DNA from: Candidatus Gastranaerophilales bacterium
Lineage (GTDB): Bacteria; Cyanobacteriota; Vampirovibrionia; Gastranaerophilales; Gastranaerophilaceae
Assembly: GCA_900767135.1 (NCBI GenBank)
Contig: CAAFYU010000005.1
Span: 18,371-82,370 of the forward strand
Length of the DNA stretch: 64,000 nt
Direction of reading: 5' to 3'
The first letter of the stretch is position 1, and each line of letters opens with the position of its first letter. The notes below the pieces were generated by a model. That model saw only the letters and a program-made list of their open reading frames with translations, ran no database searches and had not been told where the DNA came from. This document shows positions 1-8,488 of this stretch, piece after piece. The position numbers were made by a program, and so were the translations under genes.

Positions 1-374
1 TTGTAATCATCACTAAAAACTCCGCCAGCCATTTTTTTACTATTTCTTTCAAATTGATCTATCGCATTACCTGCCATTGATACACGACCACTTTTTTGAA
101 TTTTATCTTCGGTAATAGTATACTTTAAATCACTAACGCCTGATTTTAGCGTCAAAAAGAATTTGTTAGGCTTTACATCATTCGTATTCGCTGGTGGTGT
201 AGTTGTTGATGTAGTAGTTGTTGTTGGTGATGCTGGTGTTGTTGTTGGGACAGAACTTGTTGTACCTGAACGTCCTGAAAAGATAGAAACATTAGTATCT
301 TTCTCTGGAAACTGTTGACTACCAGGTTGTAGTGTAGATGGCAATGACGATACATCTATTCTGCTAATGAACAT
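1..374 (-). CDS. 5' portion of a gene running off the window start. It encodes a protein with a Thr/Pro-rich low-complexity linker (MFISRIDVSSLPSTLQPGSQQFPEKDTNVSIFSGRSGTTSSVPTTTPASPTTTTTSTTTPP...) and is a probable secreted or surface protein.
   Basis: ATG at 372-374 (minus strand) sits 7 nt after an AAGGAG RBS. The frame stays open to the window edge. It was not in the ORF track because it has no stop inside the window. Confidence 0.55.
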   Translation of the reverse strand, partial: MFISRIDVSSLPSTLQPGSQQFPEKDTNVSIFSGRSGTTSSVPTTTPASPTTTTTSTTTPPANTNDVKPNKFFLTLKSGVSDLKYTITEDKIQKSGRVSMAGNAIDQFERNSKKMAGGVFSDDY

Positions 375-574
375 GGTTACTCCTTTATTTTGTGTGCATT
401 ATACAAGTTTTATATCGGCATATTTTTTGAAGACTTTAAGAATTATAGACTAATTGTTATAATTGTTTACCTTTCCAATCGTAACTTCTGAATAGCAAGA
501 AAATTTATTTTCACTAATCGTTCAAAATAATTTTCTAAGCTTTCAGAATGACGAGAATATTTGAACCGAAACGA

Positions 575-645
575 CCTTAGTGCCTTAGTAACCTAGTAAC
601 TTAATTTTTGCTTAGCTGCCTCGCTTCCTAGCCGCTTAGCTGCAT
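575..645 (-). repeat. GCTAAGC-rich dispersed element directly 3' of the rnhB stop codon.
   Basis: In gene sense: TAG-ATGCAGCTAAGCGGCTAGGAAGCGAGGCAGCTAAGC... About 40 nt are near-identical to 32803-32845. Confidence 0.75.
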
Positions 646-1278
646 CTATACCTCATTATATGTTTTGAAATGCGTTTTACAAACTTCTTTCAAGCGGTCT
701 TTACCATACTTTCCAATGAACTCTGCCGCAACATTTTTAACCAACCCTGAACAGCCTTTTTGAAATTTCAATCCATAATTGTCTTCCATAGCCTGCATTT
801 TTTCAACAAAAGTAGCACGAGCTAAAACAGACGCTGCTGCAACCGCAATGTCACTTTCAGCCTTACACATCTGCTCCAAACGAATAGTTCTGCCATTTTT
901 CATTAACGCTGATTCAATTAAACTTTCATCACCAAATTTGTCCGAAAGTGCGTATTCACAGCGATTTTTCTCCAAAATATTTTCAATAACTCTTGCATGC
1001 CCCCATGCCAGAAGCTTATTCAGGTTTTTAATATTTGCGTAAAGCTCGTTATATTTAGAATTTGAAATTGCAATAATCGAATGTGGTGCAGTTTTTTTTA
1101 TTTCGCCGGCAAGCATTAACATTTTTTTATCAGAAAGCTTTTTGCTGTCTTTAATCCCGAGTTCCTTAAAGTATTCAGCGGCTTTTTCGTCTGCTAAAAC
1201 CCCTGCAATTACCAAAGGCCCAAAGAAATCGCCCTTCCCTGACTCATCTGTTCCAATATGTGCAATAAATTCTGTCAT
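646..1278 (-). CDS. rnhB: Ribonuclease HII
   Basis: 210 aa. N-terminal IGTDESGKGDFFGPLVIAGV is the typical RNase HII catalytic motif (DESG/RG). Length fits the family. Confidence 0.9.
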   Translation of the reverse strand: MTEFIAHIGTDESGKGDFFGPLVIAGVLADEKAAEYFKELGIKDSKKLSDKKMLMLAGEIKKTAPHSIIAISNSKYNELYANIKNLNKLLAWGHARVIENILEKNRCEYALSDKFGDESLIESALMKNGRTIRLEQMCKAESDIAVAAASVLARATFVEKMQAMEDNYGLKFQKGCSGLVKNVAAEFIGKYGKDRLKEVCKTHFKTYNEV

Positions 1279-1317
1279 TTTGTCCTTTCGATTGTTTATA
1301 AAAAGAATAAGAAATAA

Positions 1318-1441
1318 GTGAATGGTGAATAGTGAGTAGTGAATTGTTCTTATAGATTAAAATTATTTTCCTGTATCATAGTCATATATAATTATATTTT
1401 TATTGATATGAACTACTCACTACTCACTATTCACCATTCAC
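1318..1441. repeat. Inverted-repeat element. Two ~26-nt arms built from tandem GTGARTR heptamers (GTGAATGGTGAATAGTGAGTAGTGAA and its reverse complement) flank a 72-nt AT-rich centre.
   Basis: Arm 1318-1343 is the exact reverse complement of 1419-1441, extending imperfectly toward 1416. Intergenic between rnhB and the PBP1A gene. Confidence 0.85.
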
Positions 1442-1480
1442 TACCAGCAAAATTCGGCTTCCCAGTTACCTAGCCACTTC

Positions 1481-3634
1481 TTACCTTACCCCTTCCGGCA
1501 CTGCCATCGGAATAGGCACAGGAGCTGCTGTATTTTGAGCTTTTGGCGCTGCAACCGGTTTTGAAGTTGCAGTTTGAGCTGGTTTTGGTTGAGTTTGTTC
1601 ATGCTCAATCTTTTTAACTGATTCCGGCAAAGTCGGTTCAGTTTCGTTCAAATCGATTTCCGCCTGCTCTTCAACTTTTGGCTTTGCAACAGGTGCACCT
1701 ATAACTTTGTTAGGATTAATAGCTCCGAACGGAATTAATTCAACTTGCGGATAATTAAATTCAGCTTTGCCGTAAGGTTCTGTTGCAACCTTCATAACGT
1801 CTTTCCAAATCAATGCCGGAACACTTCCACCTTGAATAGACTTGTTCATTACAGAGTTATCGTCATTTCCGACCCAAACACCTGTTACGATATTTGGAGT
1901 ATAGCCCATAAAATAAGCATCTTTGTTGTCATCGGTTGTTCCTGTTTTGCCAGCTGCCGGTTTTCCTATATTTGCAGCACGTCCGGTTCCATTTGAAATA
2001 ACTAATTTCATCATTGCAGTCATTTCAGCAGCTGTATTCATGCTTAGCTGATGAGTAATTTTGGTTTTTGGAGCTTTGTAAACAACTTTTCCGCGAGATG
2101 TTTCAACTCTTTCGATTGCATAAGGTTGAACGACATAACCTCCGTTTGCAAATGCTCCATAAGCTCTTGTAAATTCAAACAATTTTACGCCGTTTGAACC
2201 CAAAGCAATTGTGTAATCATATTCCAAAGGAGTTTCAATTCCCAGAATTCTTGCAGTTTGAATAACAGAGCGAATTCCAACTTCTTTAATTAATCTTGCG
2301 GCACATACGTTTGAAGAATACATCAAAGCAGTATAAACAGGAATTTTTCCTCTGTATTTTCCCGCATAGTTTCTTGGGGACCACTGCCCGATTGTCAAAG
2401 GTCTATCTTCTATCATATCATTTGGAGAAATTCCTTTTTCCATTGCTGCCGCATACACAATCGGTTTAAATGAAGATCCCGGTGGTCGCACTGCTTGCGT
2501 AACTCTATCATATTGGCTCTTCGTATAATCTTTTCCACCTGAGTAAACGAGGATTTTTCCGTCTATCGGGCTAAAAGAGAATACAGCAGCTTGGTTTTTA
2601 TCACCGCTCAATCCCCAACCTCTTAAATTACGCAAAATAGCTTCATTGGCTGCTTTTTGAGCTTTATAATCCAATGTCGTTACAACTTTATAACCGCCTT
2701 GTGAAATTTCTGTTTCATCAAAACCCAGTTTTTCCAATTCTTTCATTACATAGTCGCAAAAATAAGGAGCTTTATTGGTTGTATAGAATTGAGGAACTTT
2801 TGCTAAATGAACTTTTTCTTTTTTTGCGTTTTCATATTCTTCGGTCGTAATGTATCTCATTTTATACATTCTTGTTAAAACTTGATTACGACGTTGAACC
2901 GCCAAATCCATATTATTAAACGGGTTGTAAACAGAAGGTGCTTGTGGCAAACCGGCAATCAATGCAAGTTCTGCCAAATCACAATCTTTTAAATGTTTGT
3001 CAAAATATATTTGTGCGGCACCTTCAACTCCATAAGCACCAGCTCCAAGATAGACATTATTCATATACATTTCAAGAATTTGGTCTTTTGAAATAGTTTT
3101 TTCAATTCTTGCCGCAATAAATAATTCTTTTAATTTTCTATCAAAAGTTCTTTCATTGTTAAGGAATAAAACCCTTGCTAACTGTTGTGTAAGGGTACTT
3201 GCACCTTGGACAACATGACCTGCCAGTATGTTTTGAACCGTAGAACGAGCCAAGCCTGTTAAGTCATAGCCATGGTGACGATAAAAATTCTTGTCTTCCG
3301 TTGCAATTAGGGCTTTTTTCAAGTTGTCAGGAATGTCTTTTAAGTCAATTTTTTCATAAGTATATGCAGTAAAAGTTTTAATAATTTCACCGTCACCTGA
3401 ATAAATCTTAGTTACAATATTAGGTTTAAATTGTTCCAAATTATCAATAGGTGGTAACGACTGCAAATAAAGTTCCAAAGATGCGACACCCGCCAAGGCA
3501 CACGCACAACCAAGCATAAATACAAATTTTATAGTAGAAAAAAATCCGCCTTGTTTGCGTTTAGTTTTCTTGGAAATATTCGCTTTCGCCATTTCTTTGG
3601 CTGTATAATCTCTTTTTACGTAATATTTTGACAT
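1481..3634 (-). CDS. Class A penicillin-binding protein (PBP1A type), a bifunctional glycosyltransferase/transpeptidase
   Basis: 717 aa. N-terminal TM anchor. GT51 motifs (EDKNFYRHHGYD, STLTQQLAR). Transpeptidase SxxK (PGSSFKP) and KTGT motifs. Confidence 0.9.
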   Translation of the reverse strand: MSKYYVKRDYTAKEMAKANISKKTKRKQGGFFSTIKFVFMLGCACALAGVASLELYLQSLPPIDNLEQFKPNIVTKIYSGDGEIIKTFTAYTYEKIDLKDIPDNLKKALIATEDKNFYRHHGYDLTGLARSTVQNILAGHVVQGASTLTQQLARVLFLNNERTFDRKLKELFIAARIEKTISKDQILEMYMNNVYLGAGAYGVEGAAQIYFDKHLKDCDLAELALIAGLPQAPSVYNPFNNMDLAVQRRNQVLTRMYKMRYITTEEYENAKKEKVHLAKVPQFYTTNKAPYFCDYVMKELEKLGFDETEISQGGYKVVTTLDYKAQKAANEAILRNLRGWGLSGDKNQAAVFSFSPIDGKILVYSGGKDYTKSQYDRVTQAVRPPGSSFKPIVYAAAMEKGISPNDMIEDRPLTIGQWSPRNYAGKYRGKIPVYTALMYSSNVCAARLIKEVGIRSVIQTARILGIETPLEYDYTIALGSNGVKLFEFTRAYGAFANGGYVVQPYAIERVETSRGKVVYKAPKTKITHQLSMNTAAEMTAMMKLVISNGTGRAANIGKPAAGKTGTTDDNKDAYFMGYTPNIVTGVWVGNDDNSVMNKSIQGGSVPALIWKDVMKVATEPYGKAEFNYPQVELIPFGAINPNKVIGAPVAKPKVEEQAEIDLNETEPTLPESVKKIEHEQTQPKPAQTATSKPVAAPKAQNTAAPVPIPMAVPEGVR

Positions 3635-3723
3635 GGATACTCCCTTTATTATTTGATAAGATTTTATTATAAAAGTAATTTATTAGCAAATAAATGTTAA
3701 TAATTCTAAGGAATTATGCTATA

Positions 3724-4134
3724 ATGTACGGTATGTTTGATTTCTTTTTTGTAATAATAAATGAAATTCGCTCGTATTTTGTACCTGAAAAAATAAGTTA
3801 CGAAATTACCGGTGAATGTAAAAAGTGTGGTAAATGCTGTAATTATATGTACAGTTATGACACTTATACAGAAAAAGAGTTTAAAATTATGCAATTTCTT
3901 TTTCCTGCATACAAAAGGTTTTATATTAAGGGAAAAGATGAAGATGGCAACTTGATTTTTGCCTGCAAATTGGTAACAAAAGACGGTCTATGCTCGGATT
4001 ACAAACACAGACTCCCGATGTGCCGAAGATATCCGGCAAAAAGAATTTCATACCCCGCAAAGCTCCATGAAGGTTGCGGTTATAAGGTTAACGTAAAAAC
4101 ATTTGAAGATTATTTAGATAAAAATAATGCTTAA
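3724..4134 (+). CDS. YkgJ/UPF0153-family Cys-cluster (CxxCxxCC) putative metal-binding protein
   Basis: CKKCGKCC motif plus downstream Cys residues. Start chosen at the ATG 10 nt after AAGGAA. The track ORF starts at 3694 with no RBS. Confidence 0.5.
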   Translation: MYGMFDFFFVIINEIRSYFVPEKISYEITGECKKCGKCCNYMYSYDTYTEKEFKIMQFLFPAYKRFYIKGKDEDGNLIFACKLVTKDGLCSDYKHRLPMCRRYPAKRISYPAKLHEGCGYKVNVKTFEDYLDKNNA

Positions 4135-4520
4135 TTCAATTTTACAATATCCCAATTAAGCTTTACTGCAAAAATCAGCCATAAAATATATGGAATTTGT
4201 AAAATTCCTAATAACAAGGAAATTCTAAAAAATAAAAAAGTCATTAAAATTACTGTAATCAAAAGGGCTATACATATTACAAAAGCAAGCCCGATTTTTT
4301 TTAATCTGAAAAATACCGGTGTCCAAAATAAATTTAAAATAAATTGAAATGCAAAAAGGGGGATTGCAACTATTTTTGAAATGCTTATTGGAGCAAAATA
4401 AAAAACAACGAAAGATACAAGCATCAAAAGGTATAAACCAGACCATACCGGCCCAAATATTTTTCTATCAGGAGCATATAATGGTTTATTTATAGTGTTG
4501 TAAAAATCAAAATTATTCAT
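4131..4520 (-). CDS. TspO/MBR-family tryptophan-rich membrane protein
   Basis: 129 aa with multiple TM helices. Conserved pattern NKPLYAPDRKIFGPVWSGLYLLM...FQFILNLFWTPVFF...IPYILWLIFAVKLN matches TspO. Confidence 0.6.
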   Translation of the reverse strand: MNNFDFYNTINKPLYAPDRKIFGPVWSGLYLLMLVSFVVFYFAPISISKIVAIPLFAFQFILNLFWTPVFFRLKKIGLAFVICIALLITVILMTFLFFRISLLLGILQIPYILWLIFAVKLNWDIVKLN

Positions 4521-4639
4521 AACTCAAATATTACAAGTAATTTGTTAAAAATGCATTAACCGATTAAATAATAAATTAGGACAATAAAAAAGACTGAGAA
4601 ATCCTCAGCCTTTTTATGTTTAAATATTTATAGTCTAAA

Positions 4640-4999
4640 CTATGCTTCAACAGGAGCTTCTGCTGCTTCTGCTTCGGCAGCAGCTTTTGCCTCAGCTTCA
4701 GCCTTAGCTTTTGCTTGTGCTTTTTTAGAAAGTTTTACTGTTTCTTTTTTAACATAGTTTAAAGTACCGTCTTCATTGCAGTTTTTAATCAAATATGCAA
4801 CAGTTTCAGTTGGTTGAGCACCTTTTTTAACCCAATCCAAAGCAGCAACTTTGTCCAATTTCATTTCTTTTGTTTTTGGATTGTAATGTCCAAGTTCTTG
4901 AACAGGTCTGCCTTCACGTTTTGTTGTTGAGTTAATAACGACTACTCTGTATGTAGGGTTCTTTTTTGCACCCAATCTTTTCAATCTGATTTTTAGCAT
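4640..4999 (-). CDS. rpsP: 30S ribosomal protein S16 with a C-terminal Ala/Glu/Lys-rich extension
   Basis: MLKIRLKRLGAKKNPTYRVVV is the canonical S16 N-terminus. The C-terminus adds about 35 aa of KAKAEAEAKAAAEAEAAEAPVEA low complexity. Start trimmed to the conserved Met. Confidence 0.9.
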   Translation of the reverse strand: MLKIRLKRLGAKKNPTYRVVVINSTTKREGRPVQELGHYNPKTKEMKLDKVAALDWVKKGAQPTETVAYLIKNCNEDGTLNYVKKETVKLSKKAQAKAKAEAEAKAAAEAEAAEAPVEA

Positions 5000-5189
5000 T
5001 TTTGTTTTCCTTCTTAATTTTGTAACTGTTCTGAAATCTGTTTCAGACTTCAACTTTCGAGTTTTTCAAATACCGCAGCCGCGCCGTATCTGTTAAACTC
5101 TTGAATAAGGTTAAGAGGAATTACCTTATTCCACAATAGATTAAATCACAAAACTTTTGACTAATCAAGTATAGATTAAAAAAGATTAA

Positions 5190-5233
5190 TCAAAACACAA
5201 AAACCGTCGAATTGTAATGACAATCCGACGGTT
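5190..5233 (-). terminator. Rho-independent terminator of the Fe-ADH gene
   Basis: 8-bp stem AACCGTCG/CGACGGTT followed on the minus strand by a U-rich tract. Confidence 0.6.
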
Positions 5234-5252
5234 TAGTGCAAAAATAATTAAA

Positions 5253-6461
5253 TTATAGAGGTTTTACAGAGTTTCTGTAAATTTCTTCTACAACTTTTCT
5301 GCTGTTTCCGGAAGGTGCAATGTCGATTAAGCCTGCCAATGATGGTGTTGTGAATACTAAATCTGTTAGTTTTTCAACATCAGCTTCTGTAAAGCCTTCA
5401 TCTGTTAATTTTTCTTTTACACCAACAGAATACAACCAGTCTTGAACTTTTTTCGCAGCTTTATCTGCATCAGATGCTTCCGGTTTTAAGTTTGGAGCAA
5501 TTGGAGCCAAAATGTCTGCCAAAACGTTCGGTCTGTCTTTGTAAATAGTTTTGATTACGGCAGGTAAAAGAATTGCTAAACCTAAACCATGTGACAAATC
5601 AGGTTTTACGGCACTCAATGGGTGTTCAAGTGCGTGAGTGTAGTGTAATAAGCCGTTATCAAAGCTTACTCCGCCCATCATAGCAGCGTATGCCAAGAAG
5701 TAACGAGCTTCCAAATCATCAGGATTTGCAATTGCTTTTGGTAAATATTTTGCAACAAGTTCAATTACTTGTTTTGCCAAAGTGATTGAATAAGGTGATG
5801 CAACAGTTGAAGTTGCAGCTTCTACAACGTGGTTTACAGCATCAATTGAAACGTATCTTGTTTGTTTTGGTGACAATTTTGTCATCAATTGAGGATCATC
5901 AATTGCAAACATCGGATAAATGCAATCGTACGCAATTGCCGGTTTGAAGTTCTTTTCCAAGTTTGTTACAACTGCAAATCTGTTTGTTTCAGTACCAGTG
6001 CCATGAGTTAGATTGATTGAAACAATCGGTGCAGCTTTTTCAGGTGTAAATCTGAATTCATAAATATCGTCCGCAGATTTTTCAGGGTATTCAAGTAAAA
6101 TTGCAACTGATTTTCCTGCATCTGTCGGAGAGCCACCACCGATTGAGATAACAGCTTTTGCACCGAAATCTCTTGCTAATTTAGCTGCATCATCAACGTG
6201 ATGAGTGTTAGGATTTGGTGTGACTTCTGCAAAGTTTACATAGCCAATACCATTTTCTTTCAAAGCTTTTTCAACGTAATCCCAAGCACCTGTTGCTTTG
6301 TAAGCGTGTTTCCCTGACATTACGATAACTTTATCAATGCCTTTGCCTTTTAATACTTTTGCGATATCATCAATTTTTTTGATAGCACCAACACCAAAAT
6401 AAACAGTAGTTCTAGTGCGAATTTCTTTAACTTCATTGATGTTAATATCTTTTTCCCACAT
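5253..6461 (-). CDS. Iron-containing (group III) alcohol dehydrogenase
   Basis: 402 aa. GGGSPTDAGK NAD-binding motif and conserved His cluster (HYTHALEHPLS). A stem-loop terminator follows. Confidence 0.85.
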   Translation of the reverse strand: MWEKDININEVKEIRTRTTVYFGVGAIKKIDDIAKVLKGKGIDKVIVMSGKHAYKATGAWDYVEKALKENGIGYVNFAEVTPNPNTHHVDDAAKLARDFGAKAVISIGGGSPTDAGKSVAILLEYPEKSADDIYEFRFTPEKAAPIVSINLTHGTGTETNRFAVVTNLEKNFKPAIAYDCIYPMFAIDDPQLMTKLSPKQTRYVSIDAVNHVVEAATSTVASPYSITLAKQVIELVAKYLPKAIANPDDLEARYFLAYAAMMGGVSFDNGLLHYTHALEHPLSAVKPDLSHGLGLAILLPAVIKTIYKDRPNVLADILAPIAPNLKPEASDADKAAKKVQDWLYSVGVKEKLTDEGFTEADVEKLTDLVFTTPSLAGLIDIAPSGNSRKVVEEIYRNSVKPL

Positions 6462-6645
6462 AATAAACTCTCCTTTCTTAACATGTCAATTACGACAATA
6501 TTATAAAAAATGTAAATTAAAATTGCAAGCAAATTTTTTAAGATTTTTTGCAGGATTTTGGCAGAAAAATTTCATCTGTTTAGAGGTTTGACAAATCAAA
6601 AAATATTATTAATATATTCACAGGTAGAACAGAAGGTAAAAATTA

Positions 6646-7202
6646 TGGCAAACAATAATAATGGGATTTTATCAGGAATTTATTCAGGATTGAGTTCAAC
6701 ATATTCGCTTTTGGCATCGCAATATCCAAACGGTTTGACGTTGGAAAATATTACGGAAGCTAGAACAAAAACTTCTAACACAAATGTTTTGAACCAATCT
6801 TTTGCATCATATTTGCAAACAAATTTTGCAAATATTGATAAAAATGGCGATGGAATTATTTCGTCAGACGAGATGAATAATTTGTCTAATACGCTTTCAA
6901 CACAAGGACTTACAAAAGCAGAACTGACTCAACTTTATGCATCAGGTTCAAGCGGATTGTCAGAAAGCACAATGTCAAAAATCCTTGAACACTTTGACGA
7001 TATGGACACAAATCATGATGGAAGGATTACGAGTGCAGAAATTTCCGCTTATGACGTAAACGCTTCAAGAATGGCGGTTGAAGATGAGTTTAATAACCGT
7101 CGTGCAACTGATATGTCAGTGTTTTATGGCGATAGCTCTTCATCTTCTGCTGATTCTTATAATTTGTTGAGCTACAAGTATAAATCATCAACAAAATCTT
7201 AA
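6646..7202 (+). CDS. EF-hand calcium-binding-motif protein of unknown function
   Basis: Two canonical EF-hand loops, DKNGDGIISSDE and DTNHDGRITSAE. Ser/Asn-rich. Start set at the Met after AAGGTAAA. The longer track ORF starts at 6558. Confidence 0.6.
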
Positions 7203-7410
7203 AAACTTAAAACCATAAAATCTTAAATCTATTCATAATTCCTAAACTTAGTAACGATACATTTGGAAAGGAAATGACTTCTATTACATAGAGGTCATTT
7301 ATTTTTTATATTTCTTAATAAAACCTAAAGTTTTTTCATGAAATATCCGTTATACATTCCGTAAAAATAGAAATTGTAAAATGTAGAAACTTTACAGAAA
7401 GGACAGGTAT

Positions 7411-7797
7411 ATGGAAATTTCAGGAGTATCATCAAAAGCCTACACTTCGGCAGCCCAAGGGGTTGAAGAAGATGAAGAACTAGAAGAAACCAAAGAAGAG
7501 AAAGCCAAAGAATACGGGGTATCAGCAAAAGAGGAAGAAGAAAAAGACGTCACAGAATTTTCTTCATCAGACTATTCAAATACAGATGTGGAAGCGAAAG
7601 CTCAAAATTATTTGAAAAACATATTGTTTATCGGTAATTTGACAGATGAATCAAAAGCAGCTCTGACTCAGTATATGAACACATTTGATGTTGCAAAATT
7701 TATAAGAAATTATGGACCGTTTGCTTCTACATCGGAAATCTCAGCAGCAATGTATGCAGCAACGGCCGGCATGGTAAAACACCCTGAGTCGGACTAA
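7411..7797 (+). CDS. Small acidic protein with a Glu/Lys-rich N-terminal half; hypothetical
   Basis: 128 aa ORF preceded by AGAAAGGA. A rho-independent terminator follows at 7827-7859. Confidence 0.5.
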   Translation: MEISGVSSKAYTSAAQGVEEDEELEETKEEKAKEYGVSAKEEEEKDVTEFSSSDYSNTDVEAKAQNYLKNILFIGNLTDESKAALTQYMNTFDVAKFIRNYGPFASTSEISAAMYAATAGMVKHPESD

Positions 7798-7826
7798 TTT
7801 TTGAATATTTATGAACAAAAAAAAGA

Positions 7827-7859
7827 ATTATCCCTCACAACTTGCGGGGGATAATTTTA
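7827..7859 (+). terminator. Rho-independent terminator
   Basis: Stem ATTATCCCTC/GGGGGATAAT (one G-U pair), then TTTTAT. Confidence 0.55.
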
Positions 7860-8057
7860 TAATTTAGATAATGGTAAAAAAAAGAGCCTTTTTTAATAAG
7901 GCTCATTGGAATTAAGAATAGCTGGAAGTATGAAAAAGATTTAATAATTATATTAAACGAAAATCCCACTTGATTGCCAATTAGACTCGTGGATAAATTC
8001 ATATTAGTCAGGTGGGGGATTTGTTGACTTTCTAAGAGATTTCGTTATAAACAAAGT

Positions 8058-8447
8058 ATGACTATTTTGGAACTTTTTAAACTGAATAAGACCTGTGAAC
8101 ACGCAAAAGTTCGCCCTGACGTAGATTTTGCTTACTGTCCGGATTGCGGAGAACTCATTGAAAATCAGTGGTATTTAGTTCGCTGTGGCTGTTGTGGAGT
8201 CAAGTTAAAGGGGGTTATTAAAAATAAACAAATTATTCCAGAACTCCATTTTTGCCATAACTGTGGTGGGCGAGAGTTCATTGTTGAACGGATTAATAAG
8301 ATTAATTTTATAGATATAAGTTATGCAGTTCTGGTTAAAGCTGTTGTTCAAAACGGTAAAGCAGAAGATTACACTCAAAGTTGGGTTGATATAAATTTTG
8401 AAAGAAACAGTTACCCCAAAAAACTTTTGGGAGTAAAATTATCATAA
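8058..8447 (+). CDS. Multi-CxxC zinc-ribbon protein; hypothetical
   Basis: CPDCG, CGCCG and CHNCGG pairs typical of zinc ribbons. 129 aa. Confidence 0.45.
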   Translation: MTILELFKLNKTCEHAKVRPDVDFAYCPDCGELIENQWYLVRCGCCGVKLKGVIKNKQIIPELHFCHNCGGREFIVERINKINFIDISYAVLVKAVVQNGKAEDYTQSWVDINFERNSYPKKLLGVKLS

Positions 8448-8448
8448 C

Positions 8449-8486
8449 CCAATATTAGAGTGTGGTAGTATATTGGCAAATTTTTT
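8449..8486 (+). terminator. Stem-loop terminator between convergent genes
   Basis: CCAATAT/ATATTGG stem, 14-nt loop, then TTTTTT. Confidence 0.4.
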
Positions 8487-8488
8487 GA

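Noticed and set aside
173-355. 60-aa minus-strand ORF rich in Gln/His (QQQHQHHQQQ)
   Set aside because: It is a wrong-frame translation of the Thr/Pro-rich linker (ACN/CCN codons) of the real partial gene at 1-374, which has a proper RBS and start.
779-1042. Antisense ORFs inside rnhB. Similar antisense or overlapping ORFs lie inside the PBP1A gene, ppdK, gyrA, bamA, the FlhA-C gene, the GT9 gene and elsewhere.
   Set aside because: They sit within well-supported conserved genes on the opposite strand or in another frame, have no RBS, and their composition is explained by the low-GC coding strand.
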